From an uncultured Clostridia bacterium (lineage in GTDB: Bacteria; Bacillota; Clostridia; Christensenellales; CAG-917): a stretch of DNA of 64,000 nucleotides. The notes below the pieces were generated by a model, which saw nothing but the letters and a program-made list of their open reading frames with translations, was not told the origin of the DNA and made no database searches. A program made the position numbers and the translations under genes. The stretch lies in the NCBI GenBank assembly GCA_949283145.1, contig CASDRL010000036.1, positions 9,817-73,816 of the forward strand, given 5' to 3'. Of this stretch, positions 43,928 to 52,797 are shown in pieces (the stretch's first letter is position 1; each line of letters opens with the position of its first letter).

Positions 43928-46822
43928 TCAGACTCCTATGCCGTGCAAACGGTTGATGAGTCTGCTGTTGACCGTGTAGACGGAACCGGGAACGAGATCC
44001 GTCGTGTCGTCGTCATACGCCCAGACATTGAGCGGATTTTCGAGCAGATTTCTCGCAAACTCGCCCACCCCATCCAGCTTTTCGAGCCTTGCCGCTATGC
44101 TGCTGATGGATTCAAGATCGTTGCTGGTAAAGCGCTTGATGCGGCTGTCCTCGATCGATATGTTCCAACTCACTTCGTCGGGATCCGCCTTCTCGCCCGT
44201 CCCTTCTATGGTCCCGTCAGGAAGCACGTGTGTGCCGTCGGCAAGATAACCGTCATTGATGTACGTCCTGCCGCTGAGTCCGATGGAAATGAACCCGAGA
44301 TGCATATAGATCTGTCCCGCATAATCCCTTCGGAAGCTTTCGATGAACGGCTCATTCGAAAAGGCGCCTCTGATGAGCGTAAACAGCAGATCCTGCGCAA
44401 ACTCCGGGATCTTTGCATCATTCTCAAGGACATCCGAAGGGATCAGCGTCAGGCTGTCCGCCGGCTGCCAGTTGTAGATGTCGAAGAACCCTTTCTGCGT
44501 GAAGGTGGAACGGTTTTCGACGCCTTCTTCGTAGTAGGTGTTGTTGTAGTCGAAGTTGATGGCGGTGCCGACCATGTTGGACATCACGCAATTGGTCATC
44601 GTGAGATTGTTGTAATGCTGCACGGTCCCGTTGTCGTCGGAGGAGCGTATGTTGCGCACATGGATCGCAACGCCGCCCGTATTGCGCATGATGCAGCCTT
44701 TGATCTCGACTTCCGCGCCGGAGAGCTGGATGAGGGTGGTCGCATTCTCCATCAGGCAATACTCTATCCTCGCGCCCTTGGTCTGCGTGACGGTCTCGCC
44801 CGTCTTCTTGCGCCTTTCGGTGACATTGTACTTCACGCAATAGCCGGCAGAGAAGGTGCTGGCGTCGTTGATGGTCAGATCGCCGCCTTCGATCTCCTCA
44901 TCAGAGAACGCGTTGGGACGCATGGTGAGGTTGGAGATGACGACATCGTCCGCATACACCTGGAAGAAGGGCTCCGTCTTGCCTATGAACTGATCCTTCT
45001 CGGCTTCGATGGTGAAACCGTTGCCGTAGACGTTGTTGTAGGTGTAGATGTTGCTCGTCTTCGTGAAGTTGCCTTCGGCGTCGGCGTTGGAATTGTTCAC
45101 CATGTGGATATCATTGAGCAGCACCGTCGCCTTATTTTTCTTCTCCTGCGCGTCACGCAGTTCGGGGTCGGATCTGACGCCGATCGCGTCCGCCAACGTG
45201 ATGGTGAATGATGCCGTGGTGTAAGAAGGCAGGTCGGGATATTTGGGATATTTCGCCTTCACCGTCACGGTGATCTCCGCGGTCTCTCCCCTCTCGAGAT
45301 GCTCTGCCACGGCGTCGGCGTTGACGGTCATCACATTGCCGAGAACGTTCTCGCCGCCGAAGCTGACGAGCGCCGCATACTCCTCATCCACGCTGAATTC
45401 GAACGCTTCATAGAAGCTCGCCTCGTCCTCGCCTTCGAACATGGAGGGATAGGTGATCCCGATCGAGAACGTATAGTTCGTCAGATTGTTGACGTCTCCG
45501 TTCGCATACTGTCCGGACGGGAAGATCGTCTCGCGCGCAAGCCCCGCCTGCAGCGACTCATTGGTGACAGCGCTGACGAGCACCGCCACTTTGCGCTGCA
45601 CTTTGAGGGTGAGCTTCGCTTCTTCACCCGCCGCAGTCTGAGCCGCAACAATCACTTCGCCGCTGGAAAGCCCGCGCACGACGCCGTCCGCATCGATGCT
45701 CGCGATCTCATCGTTGTTGACGCTCCAGGTGACCGCAACGCTCTCGTCGCGACGGAAGACGGATGCGTACCTTGCAGAAAGATAGAGTGCGTCACCGTTC
45801 ACTTCGAGGATGTAATCGTTCTCGTCGATCACTGCGCTCTCCACGATCTCGATCGCGTCGGCGTCGACTTTCTTGACTACGATGGCGTCATTGCCCCCGT
45901 TGAGAGAGATCAGCGCTTCTGTCGCACCGGCTTCGAATGTAAATACATCACCGTCGAGGGTGAACCCTCTGCTGCTCTGCATATTGACATCCGATACATC
46001 CACGCCGATGTCGGAAAGGCTGAACCTATTGAGGTGAGACGAAATTTCGTCCCCGTACGCGCTCGCGCCCGCGGAAACCGTCACGACCATCAGGTTGCTC
46101 TCAAGCCTTACGCCGGAAGCATTGTCCGCCACATAACGGATGGTCGCGCTGCCTTCGACGACGCCGGTGACTATGCCGTTGCTGTCAACGGTCACTGCGT
46201 TGCCGCTTACGACCTGCCACTCCCCGTTCGTAACGGTGCCGTCAAGAGGAGTGAAGCGGGGGGAGACCATTTTCTGCTCTCCCACGCGCATGGTGAGTTC
46301 GTTATTCAGCGTGATCGCGGTCACATCGCCGCCGACCACCACCGAGCAAGTGTCCTTATATGTCGAAGCCGTCACGGTGAGATCGAAGTTGCAATGCACC
46401 GCGACTTTCAGATAGCCGCCCGCGGTCACGCTGTCCGCATGCCTGCCGTTGCTGTCAAGAAGTTCGACATAATAGATGGGATTGCCGTTTGCATCTTTCT
46501 TTCCGTTGTCGGAATCGGGATAGTTTGCGTCACGGCTGTGCACGTTGCTGAGGGTCCACTCGTATGTCCTGTCCTGCGCCATCTCGGGGAGCACCGTCAC
46601 TTCGAAAAGACCGTTGGCGCCGTCAAGCCTGTAAGCGCCGAGTTCCGCGTCATAGGCGGGATCGTCTTCGCCGTCAAGACTGATCGTCAGACTGTGCTTA
46701 TCAAGATGTACGCTTTCAACTCCGATGTATGCGTTGACGGACACGAATGTCGTCACCAGCCCCACCACGAGAAGGACCACGAGGGGGATGAGGACAAGTA
46801 TGCCTATCATTACTTTTTTCAT
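43928..46822 (-). CDS. 964-aa N-terminally membrane-anchored surface protein with Big_2-like Ig modules and a beta-helix-like C-terminal region (paralogue A)
   Basis: TM MIGILVLIPLVVLLVVGLVTTFV then YIGVESV. Big_2-like VVSGNAVTVDSNGIVTGVVEGSATIRYVA. RNTGGVAIHV, NLTMTNCVMSNMVGTAINFDY, DIYNWQP, C-terminal YTVNSRLINRLH. Confidence 0.85.
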   Translation of the reverse strand: MKKVMIGILVLIPLVVLLVVGLVTTFVSVNAYIGVESVHLDKHSLTISLDGEDDPAYDAELGAYRLDGANGLFEVTVLPEMAQDRTYEWTLSNVHSRDANYPDSDNGKKDANGNPIYYVELLDSNGRHADSVTAGGYLKVAVHCNFDLTVTASTYKDTCSVVVGGDVTAITLNNELTMRVGEQKMVSPRFTPLDGTVTNGEWQVVSGNAVTVDSNGIVTGVVEGSATIRYVADNASGVRLESNLMVVTVSAGASAYGDEISSHLNRFSLSDIGVDVSDVNMQSSRGFTLDGDVFTFEAGATEALISLNGGNDAIVVKKVDADAIEIVESAVIDENDYILEVNGDALYLSARYASVFRRDESVAVTWSVNNDEIASIDADGVVRGLSSGEVIVAAQTAAGEEAKLTLKVQRKVAVLVSAVTNESLQAGLARETIFPSGQYANGDVNNLTNYTFSIGITYPSMFEGEDEASFYEAFEFSVDEEYAALVSFGGENVLGNVMTVNADAVAEHLERGETAEITVTVKAKYPKYPDLPSYTTASFTITLADAIGVRSDPELRDAQEKKNKATVLLNDIHMVNNSNADAEGNFTKTSNIYTYNNVYGNGFTIEAEKDQFIGKTEPFFQVYADDVVISNLTMRPNAFSDEEIEGGDLTINDASTFSAGYCVKYNVTERRKKTGETVTQTKGARIEYCLMENATTLIQLSGAEVEIKGCIMRNTGGVAIHVRNIRSSDDNGTVQHYNNLTMTNCVMSNMVGTAINFDYNNTYYEEGVENRSTFTQKGFFDIYNWQPADSLTLIPSDVLENDAKIPEFAQDLLFTLIRGAFSNEPFIESFRRDYAGQIYMHLGFISIGLSGRTYINDGYLADGTHVLPDGTIEGTGEKADPDEVSWNISIEDSRIKRFTSNDLESISSIAARLEKLDGVGEFARNLLENPLNVWAYDDDTTDLVPGSVYTVNSRLINRLHGIGV

Positions 46823-46854
46823 AGTTTATTTTTTCTCCCTAAGATCCGTGCCCG

Positions 46855-48561
46855 TTAAGGCGCGATCTTCTGATAGCGTCTCTCGAGGTTTGCAAACAGA
46901 GCCGCTATGCTGCCCGCGAGGATGACCGCGGCGACCACACCGAGAATGGTGTAGATGTTGCTCGTATCGCCGTCACCGATGATGACCAGGTCGCCTATCT
47001 GCAGCGGCAGGAAGCTGAACACCATCGTAAAGACGCCGAAGAGCGCCGCGACCACTATGCCGACCAGCAGGGACACGACCATATTCTTGTTGGCGGAGAC
47101 CATCTCGCCGTCGCCGACGACATTGAAGGTGGGAGCCTTCACGTCCGCCGCGATCGCAAGACAGGTGAGCGCCATGGTGATCATCTCGGAAATGATGAAA
47201 ATACAGCCGATGTCAAGAGAACTGAGCAGGTGCCCCGCCTCTTCCGTACCGAAAGCCGCCGCCACCACTATTGTGGAAAGCACCACCGATGCCGTACCCA
47301 CCGCGCCGTAAAGGAAGAGTTTGGCGAGGATCTGCGTGGTATAGCTCACGGGCACGATCTTGGTGTGGTAGAATGCGTTGCCTTCACGCGAGATCGAAGT
47401 GGAAGCGAACGACACTATGATGGCGCTGAATATGATGATGACGAGCATCGTGAGGCCGGGCACTATCGCCGCGCCCACGGTGTTCTGTCCCATCGTCGCG
47501 GCAAGGTCGTTGCAGTAGTAGACCATGACGGGCGCGGCAACAGCCATCGCGAGATATTGGAAGGAATAGTTGAAGGAACGCAGGATGAGGAAAAACTCGC
47601 GGTGAAGCAGAGTGCCGAATACACTGCGTTTGATGTTGGGGATCTTCTTCTGGAAGGAGACCTTCTCCGTCTCGATACCGTTCAGGATGATGTTGTAATA
47701 TGTGCGCGTGGTGACAAAATAACCGCCCACGGAAAGCGCCGCGGTGATGAGGAAGAGGTAGAGGAAAGCAAGCCCCGCCTCCTGCGAGCCGTAGCCCGAG
47801 AACCAGCCGCCGAGCAGCATCGCATACCACCTGAAAGGATAGGCGGAATTCGCAAAATTGCGGAAGAGGTCCATCACCGCCGGCGAGAACATGCTCTCGC
47901 TCTCGTCGCGCATATATTCCAGCACGCCGGAAAGCGCGGTCATATAAAGGATGAACACGCCGCAGATCGCCGCGATGAGCAGGATGAGCACGAGCAGGAA
48001 CTGGTTCTTCACCAGGTTCATGATCATCATGACGGGGATGGCGAGCAGATTCGCGATCGCGTAAGGCAGCGGAATGGCGAGCAGCGCCACCGCGATAGCC
48101 ACAAAATAGTAGCCCACGGGCGCGGACGCGACCACTCCGTAGATCACGCACACGGGGATCATGATGAGAAGGTTGATCACCACATTGTGCAGGAAACAAT
48201 AGATGGACTTGGAGATCAGGATCTCCCTGCCGCTCACGGGGAATCGGAGCAACAGCTCGTTATCACCGCTGAGGTAGAGGTTCTTGACGACGTTGCCGAT
48301 CGCGACAAGCGTGGTGACGCACACGGTGAACGTCATTGCGATGACCAGGAATTCAAAGGGCATACGCGACCTGCTCACGAACATCTCCGCGAGGTAGTAT
48401 ATGCCCGTCACAAGGATCGCATAGATCGCCAGAGTGAAGATGATGCTGAACGCCTTGCCCGCTTTATCCTTGGGTGTGGAATCCACACGCGAACCGAATC
48501 GGGCGCGCATCTCCAGCCTGACAAGCGATCTTACGCTGAGCCAGGATATCTTGTCGTTCAT
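46855..48561 (-). CDS. 568-aa polytopic membrane protein, probable permease partner of the adjacent ABC ATPase (resembles the uncharacterised 'putative ABC exporter' type)
   Basis: Many TM helices throughout; ATGA start/stop overlap with the ATPase gene. Family assignment is from memory only. Confidence 0.75.
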   Translation of the reverse strand: MNDKISWLSVRSLVRLEMRARFGSRVDSTPKDKAGKAFSIIFTLAIYAILVTGIYYLAEMFVSRSRMPFEFLVIAMTFTVCVTTLVAIGNVVKNLYLSGDNELLLRFPVSGREILISKSIYCFLHNVVINLLIMIPVCVIYGVVASAPVGYYFVAIAVALLAIPLPYAIANLLAIPVMMIMNLVKNQFLLVLILLIAAICGVFILYMTALSGVLEYMRDESESMFSPAVMDLFRNFANSAYPFRWYAMLLGGWFSGYGSQEAGLAFLYLFLITAALSVGGYFVTTRTYYNIILNGIETEKVSFQKKIPNIKRSVFGTLLHREFFLILRSFNYSFQYLAMAVAAPVMVYYCNDLAATMGQNTVGAAIVPGLTMLVIIIFSAIIVSFASTSISREGNAFYHTKIVPVSYTTQILAKLFLYGAVGTASVVLSTIVVAAAFGTEEAGHLLSSLDIGCIFIISEMITMALTCLAIAADVKAPTFNVVGDGEMVSANKNMVVSLLVGIVVAALFGVFTMVFSFLPLQIGDLVIIGDGDTSNIYTILGVVAAVILAGSIAALFANLERRYQKIAP

Positions 48562-49403
48562 TTTTCTTCCTCCGTAGTCTCGGCGTCAACGGTCTTACTT
48601 TCGGTGCCGTCGGCATCGGGCGCGGGCATATCGGGACGCATCTCCTCCTGCTCCTGCGCGACATAATCCTCGAACAGCCTCTTTTCATAGGTGCCCGTGA
48701 TCTTGAAGAACCTCTCCTCGAGGTTCGCCTTGTTCTCCTCGTTGCCCGCAAGATCGAAGCAGTCGATGAGATGACCCTCGTTGATGATCGCCACGCGATG
48801 GCACAGCTTCTTGACAAGGTCGAGGTTGTGGCTGGAGAAGAACACCGTGTTGCCCTTGGCGCAATGCTCGCGCATATAGGCGATGATCTCCGCCGTGGAC
48901 TGCGGGTCGAGACCCATCATGGGCTCGTCGAGCACCCACAGCTTGGGCTCGTGGATAAGTGCGGCGATGATGCAGATCTTCTGCTTCATGCCGTGGGAGT
49001 ACGCCTTGATCTGCTTGTCGATGGCAAAGCGAAGTTTGAAAAGGTCGAGATATCTCTCCAGCCTCTCCGTCCTGTCCGCCTTGGACACGCGGTAGAGGTC
49101 GGCGACGTAGTTGACATATTCCCTGCCCGTCAGCTTCTCGTAGACGGAGTGGTTGTCGGGGACATAGCCCATGTTCATCTTTGCCTTGATGGGCTCTTTC
49201 TGGATGTCGTATCCGCACACCTCGATGGTGCCGCCCTCGAAGGGAAGGATGCCTGTGAGGCACTTGATGGTGGTGGATTTTCCCGCGCCGTTCTGACCGA
49301 GGAAACCGAATATCTCGCCGGGACGAAGCTCGAACGAAATGTCGTCCACTGCCACGCGGTCGCTCTTGGGATAAACTTTTTTGAGATTTGTTACGGTAAG
49401 CAT
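48558..49403 (-). CDS. ABC transporter ATP-binding protein with acidic C-terminal tail
   Basis: Start MLTVTNLKKVYPK at 49403 with AGGAGA RBS. Walker A GQNGAGKSTT, Walker B LWVLDEPMMGLDP. Tail ...EQEEMRPDMPAPDADGTESKTVDAETTEEEK. Confidence 0.9.
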   Translation of the reverse strand: MLTVTNLKKVYPKSDRVAVDDISFELRPGEIFGFLGQNGAGKSTTIKCLTGILPFEGGTIEVCGYDIQKEPIKAKMNMGYVPDNHSVYEKLTGREYVNYVADLYRVSKADRTERLERYLDLFKLRFAIDKQIKAYSHGMKQKICIIAALIHEPKLWVLDEPMMGLDPQSTAEIIAYMREHCAKGNTVFFSSHNLDLVKKLCHRVAIINEGHLIDCFDLAGNEENKANLEERFFKITGTYEKRLFEDYVAQEQEEMRPDMPAPDADGTESKTVDAETTEEEK

Positions 49404-49544
49404 ATTTTTCTCCTGCTGCTTTCTTTTTGATCTTGTAGTCCGCCCGAGGCGGCTTGCGAGGGGACGAAGCACTCTCGTCCCGTGCTCCGCGCATACGCAA
49501 CGCGCGCACACGCAGATATCTTAATGTTGATTTTACACTCGAAT

Positions 49545-49583
49545 CATTACAAACGCATTACGCAATTCTTACGAAATTCTTAC
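49545..49583 (-). promoter_or_regulatory. four direct repeats phased at exactly 11 bp upstream of the ABC ATPase (candidate activator/response-regulator site)
   Basis: Reverse strand TAAGAATTTCG TAAGAATTGCG TAATGCGTTTG TAATGATTCGA, then GTG TAAAAT. GTAA cores begin every 11 nt (top-strand hexamers at 49545, 49556, 49567, 49578). Confidence 0.45.
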
Positions 49584-49642
49584 ATAAGAAAAACGCCCGC
49601 GCGCAACAAACGCACGTACGCGGAAAATGCGCCCCGAAAGGC

Positions 49643-50080
49643 TCATTGCTTCATGACCACGGAAAACCTGGGATGCGAAAGCGCCGGCTGCGAAATGCCT
49701 GCGCGGGAATGAGCGGCACACGCTTTGAAAACCTTGCCGGGAAACGCCGAGGCGGAACGCCTCTGCATCACCAAAACACGGGATGCGCCGCCCGCAAAGA
49801 ATTTCGCCAGCGAAACGTAGATGCCGCAGACCCCGAAAAGAAAACGTTTGCCGAACATGGTTTGAAGACGGGCGAACCTCGCCTCCTCGGCGACGCTCTG
49901 TCCGCAAAGCGCAAGAGTATAAACGGAGGACTCCGTTGCGGCGCGCAGCGCCTTTATCCCCTTGGGCAGATTTTTTATCAGCGTGGCGATGCACACGAGC
50001 ACGCTCACCACACCCACCGTTATCGCGATGGCGAGAACGGCGAATGATACGCCGATCAAAGCAGTAACAAAATCCAGCAT
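49643..50080 (-). CDS. hypothetical membrane protein
   Basis: Likely start MLDFVTALIGVSFAVLAIAITVGVVSVLVCIATLI at 50080 (GAAGAGG RBS); a good promoter lies directly upstream. The C-terminal half is basic and of uncertain coding quality. Confidence 0.45.
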   Translation of the reverse strand: MLDFVTALIGVSFAVLAIAITVGVVSVLVCIATLIKNLPKGIKALRAATESSVYTLALCGQSVAEEARFARLQTMFGKRFLFGVCGIYVSLAKFFAGGASRVLVMQRRSASAFPGKVFKACAAHSRAGISQPALSHPRFSVVMKQ

Positions 50081-50102
50081 AGTTGCCTCTTCGGTCATAT
50101 AA

Positions 50103-50132
50103 ATTTTACCATTTCCGCAACAACGGTGTCAA
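50103..50132 (-). promoter_or_regulatory. sigma70 promoter with extended -10
   Basis: Reverse strand TTGACA (50132-50127), 18-nt spacer, TGgTAAAAT (ending 50103). Confidence 0.5.
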
Positions 50133-50519
50133 TCGTTTTGCACAATAAGCGGTTTACAGCGGATGTTGCGCAAAATCGGCGTTAAAGCCTCTGTTTTGAC
50201 AGATAAAGTACAGTAAAGTGCGGATTTTTCGCTATGCAACGGAGCGTTGCGCAAAGCACGGGACAAGTTCGGACGGACGGCGGGCAAGTTCGGCACGCGC
50301 TCCCCGCTCCGCCGCGATCCCTCCGGGACCGCCGTCATCCCCGCCCTGCTCCCCCGTGCGGAGCCCCTCTCTCGCCCGCCCCGTGCTCTCCCGGGGCAAT
50401 ACGGTTTCGGCTGTCCGTGATGTGCGCCCGCGCGTCCTCTTGCGCGCGAATGCTTGACTTGACCGCGGGCGGAGCGTATAACTTATTCGTCCGATCGGGA
50501 GGTCGGACGGGAGGCATTT

Positions 50520-51773
50520 ATGAACGTCGACGAATTACTGCTGCCGCTTGCGCTCATCCTCGTTGTGGCGAAGCTCTTTTCCATCCTCGGCAAAAAACTC
50601 GGGCTGCCCCAGGTGGTGGGCATGATTGTCGCGGGCATACTCCTCGGGCTCATCCGCTACATCCCGGGGCAGAATGTCTTCACATCCTCCGCCATGGAAG
50701 GACTCTCCTTCCTTGCCAAGATAGGCGTCATCCTCATCATGTTCTCGGCAGGGCTGGACACCGACCTCAAACAATTCAAAAAGATAGGCGTGCCAAGCGT
50801 GGTCATCACCCTGCTCGGCGTAGCGTTCCCGCTGCTCTTCGGCTTCCTCGCCGCGGGCGGGATGCTCTTTGGCGGCAAATTCTCCGCCCTCTCGCAGAGC
50901 GATCTCATCTCCTGCCTCTTCTACGGCACCATACTTGCCGCAACTTCCGTCTCCATCACCGTCGCGGCGCTGAAGGAGCTGGGCAAACTCAACACCAAGG
51001 TGGGGATGTCCATAATCGCCGCCGCGATCATAGACGATGTCATCGGCATAGTCCTGCTCTCCCTCTTCATCTCCATAGACGCGACGGGCGGCGCGGGCGA
51101 CATCGGGCGCTCCATCGGCATGATGATCGCCTTCTTCGCCGCGGCGGTCGCGGTGGGACTGCTCATCCGTCTCGCGATGAAATATATCTCCAAACGCTTC
51201 CCCCACACCCGCCGCATCCCCATACTCAGTTTCGCGGTGTGCTTCTTCTACGCCTACGCTGCGGAGAAGTGGTTCGGAGTGGCGGACATCACGGGCGCGT
51301 ACGTTGCGGGGCTCATGCTCTCGGGGCTGCACGAAGCGGAGTATGTCGACCGCAAGATCGAGATCAGCAACTACATGATCTTTGCGCCCGTATTTTTCGC
51401 AAACATAGGGATAACATCCAATTTTGACTCGATAAACGCTCAAATGGCGGGATTCGGTGTCCTGTTCGTGCTCGCAGGCATGGCAGGCAAAGTGATAGGC
51501 TGCGGGGGCGGAGCGCTCCTCTGCGGATACGGTTTGAAGGACAGTCTGCGCGTCGGCATCGGCATGATGGTGCGCGCCGAAGTGGTGCTCGTCTGCGCCC
51601 AGCGCGGCGTGGATTCCGGACTGGTAGATCCTGCCATCATGCCCTTCGTCCTCATCCTCATCATCGCCACCACTCTGCTCACTCCCCTGCTGCTCAAATT
51701 CTCTTACCGCAAGGAACTCCCCCCGCCCGAACTTCCTCCGACCTATGTGCGGGAAGAAAAACCCGCCGCCTGA
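50520..51773 (+). CDS. cation:proton antiporter (CPA2/Kef-type Na+/H+ exchanger family)
   Basis: 417-aa polytopic ORF. N-terminus LLLPLALILVVAKLFSILGKKLGLPQVVGMIVAGILLG is typical of the family. GGGAGG RBS. Candidate promoter TTGACT-17-TATAAC at about 50454-50482. Confidence 0.9.
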   Translation: MNVDELLLPLALILVVAKLFSILGKKLGLPQVVGMIVAGILLGLIRYIPGQNVFTSSAMEGLSFLAKIGVILIMFSAGLDTDLKQFKKIGVPSVVITLLGVAFPLLFGFLAAGGMLFGGKFSALSQSDLISCLFYGTILAATSVSITVAALKELGKLNTKVGMSIIAAAIIDDVIGIVLLSLFISIDATGGAGDIGRSIGMMIAFFAAAVAVGLLIRLAMKYISKRFPHTRRIPILSFAVCFFYAYAAEKWFGVADITGAYVAGLMLSGLHEAEYVDRKIEISNYMIFAPVFFANIGITSNFDSINAQMAGFGVLFVLAGMAGKVIGCGGGALLCGYGLKDSLRVGIGMMVRAEVVLVCAQRGVDSGLVDPAIMPFVLILIIATTLLTPLLLKFSYRKELPPPELPPTYVREEKPAA

Positions 51774-51880
51774 CCGCTCCACTCTCCGCCGAACGCCGTT
51801 CGGCGGAGAGTGTTTTAAATGATCAGGGACGGGATAAGATCAATAAAACTCGGCATCACCGGAAGCGAACGGTGCATCCT

Positions 51881-52279
51881 TCATCGCCGTTCGCCGTAAC
51901 CTTCCGTATGTTCCATATTTATCTGAGCTTTCATCGAGGCTTTTCCGGAGACAAACGTCACAAAGATCCACCTGTCACCGCGGTTCCACGCAAAAGTGAC
52001 GGCGCCGGTCAAGAAATCGAAATCGGCAAGTTCGCCCTCAAAATCCAACACATCGCAAACTTCACCGTAGGTCATCCCCCTCTCCACCTGCTCGTACAAT
52101 TCCCACGTGAACGCGTCAATGCGCCCGAAATGCAGAACAAGCCCTACGACAAGCCCTATGATGAGAGCTGCGACCAATACGACTGCGACAACGATGCACG
52201 TTGCGATCGTTTTTTTCCTTTTCTTATCGTCGCGCGCGATAGTTTCCGACACTCCGCATCCGCTTTCCGGCATGATCAT
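51881..52279 (-). CDS. hypothetical single-pass membrane protein
   Basis: Start probably MIMPESG (52279 or 52273), because the track start at 52312 lies inside an operator-like palindrome. TM IATCIVVAVVLVAALIIGLVVGLVL. Divergent from an XRE regulator. Confidence 0.55.
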   Translation of the reverse strand: MIMPESGCGVSETIARDDKKRKKTIATCIVVAVVLVAALIIGLVVGLVLHFGRIDAFTWELYEQVERGMTYGEVCDVLDFEGELADFDFLTGAVTFAWNRGDRWIFVTFVSGKASMKAQINMEHTEGYGERR

Positions 52280-52305
52280 CCCCCGCTGTGATTCGCCGCG
52301 ATTAG

Positions 52306-52351
52306 ATAGCAAACGGCTATCATTTTACCCGATTATATAGCAAACGGCTAT
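52306..52351. promoter_or_regulatory. two copies of a 15-bp palindrome ATAGCAAACGGCTAT (candidate XRE operator pair)
   Basis: Identical ATAGC-AAACG-GCTAT at 52306-52320 and 52337-52351 (31-bp spacing) in the 85-bp divergent intergenic region. Confidence 0.5.
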
Positions 52352-52364
52352 ACTTGTCAATACG

Positions 52365-52571
52365 ATGAAAGTATTCGCCGAGCGGCTTACCGAACTGCGA
52401 AAACAGTACAAATACACTCAGCGACAGATGGCAGATATCCTGGGTATCAGCCAGCCTTCTTACATACGCTACGAAAACGACACTTCCGAACCCACGCAGG
52501 AAAACCTGGTCAAACTCGCGGACGCGTTCGACGTCAGCGTGGATTACCTGCTCGGACGGTCGGATGTCTGA
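52365..52571 (+). CDS. XRE family helix-turn-helix transcriptional regulator
   Basis: 68 aa; HTH YTQRQMADILGISQPSYIRYEN...VDYLLGRSD. Confidence 0.85.
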   Translation: MKVFAERLTELRKQYKYTQRQMADILGISQPSYIRYENDTSEPTQENLVKLADAFDVSVDYLLGRSDV

Positions 52572-52619
52572 ATGATCTCAGAGTTCCCGGGCGAAACTCG
52601 GATAAATTTTTTCAAGTCC

Positions 52620-52750
52620 AAGGGGGATATTTGGATGACTCCTTCGAAGCCCGACGCCGGCATTCGGATGAGATGCGCGAAAAAGCCCCTTCCGCAAAAG
52701 GGAGCGTACTAAGTCGTACGTGACCGCATTGCGGAACGGGGCTTTGACAA
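52620..52750. repeat. second locus of the dispersed hairpin repeat family seen at 11345-11735
   Basis: GCCGGCATTCGGATGAGATGCGCGAAAAAGCCCC (52655-52688) matches 11411-11441. Outer stem AAAGCCCCTTCCGC/GCGGAACGGGGCTTT encloses GGAGCGTAC-N6-GTACGTGACC (52701-52725). Confidence 0.8.
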
Positions 52751-52797
52751 AGCAGGTCGCCGAATGACGGCGTCGGTAGCTTAAAAAGGGGTTTTAG

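Noticed and set aside
41313-46858. Three long plus-strand ORFs (586, 435 and 519 aa) opposite the two large surface-protein genes
   Set aside because: They are Asp/Gly/Arg/His-rich antisense shadows without motifs. The minus-strand paralogues show mutually conserved domains, TM anchors and tight operon spacing.
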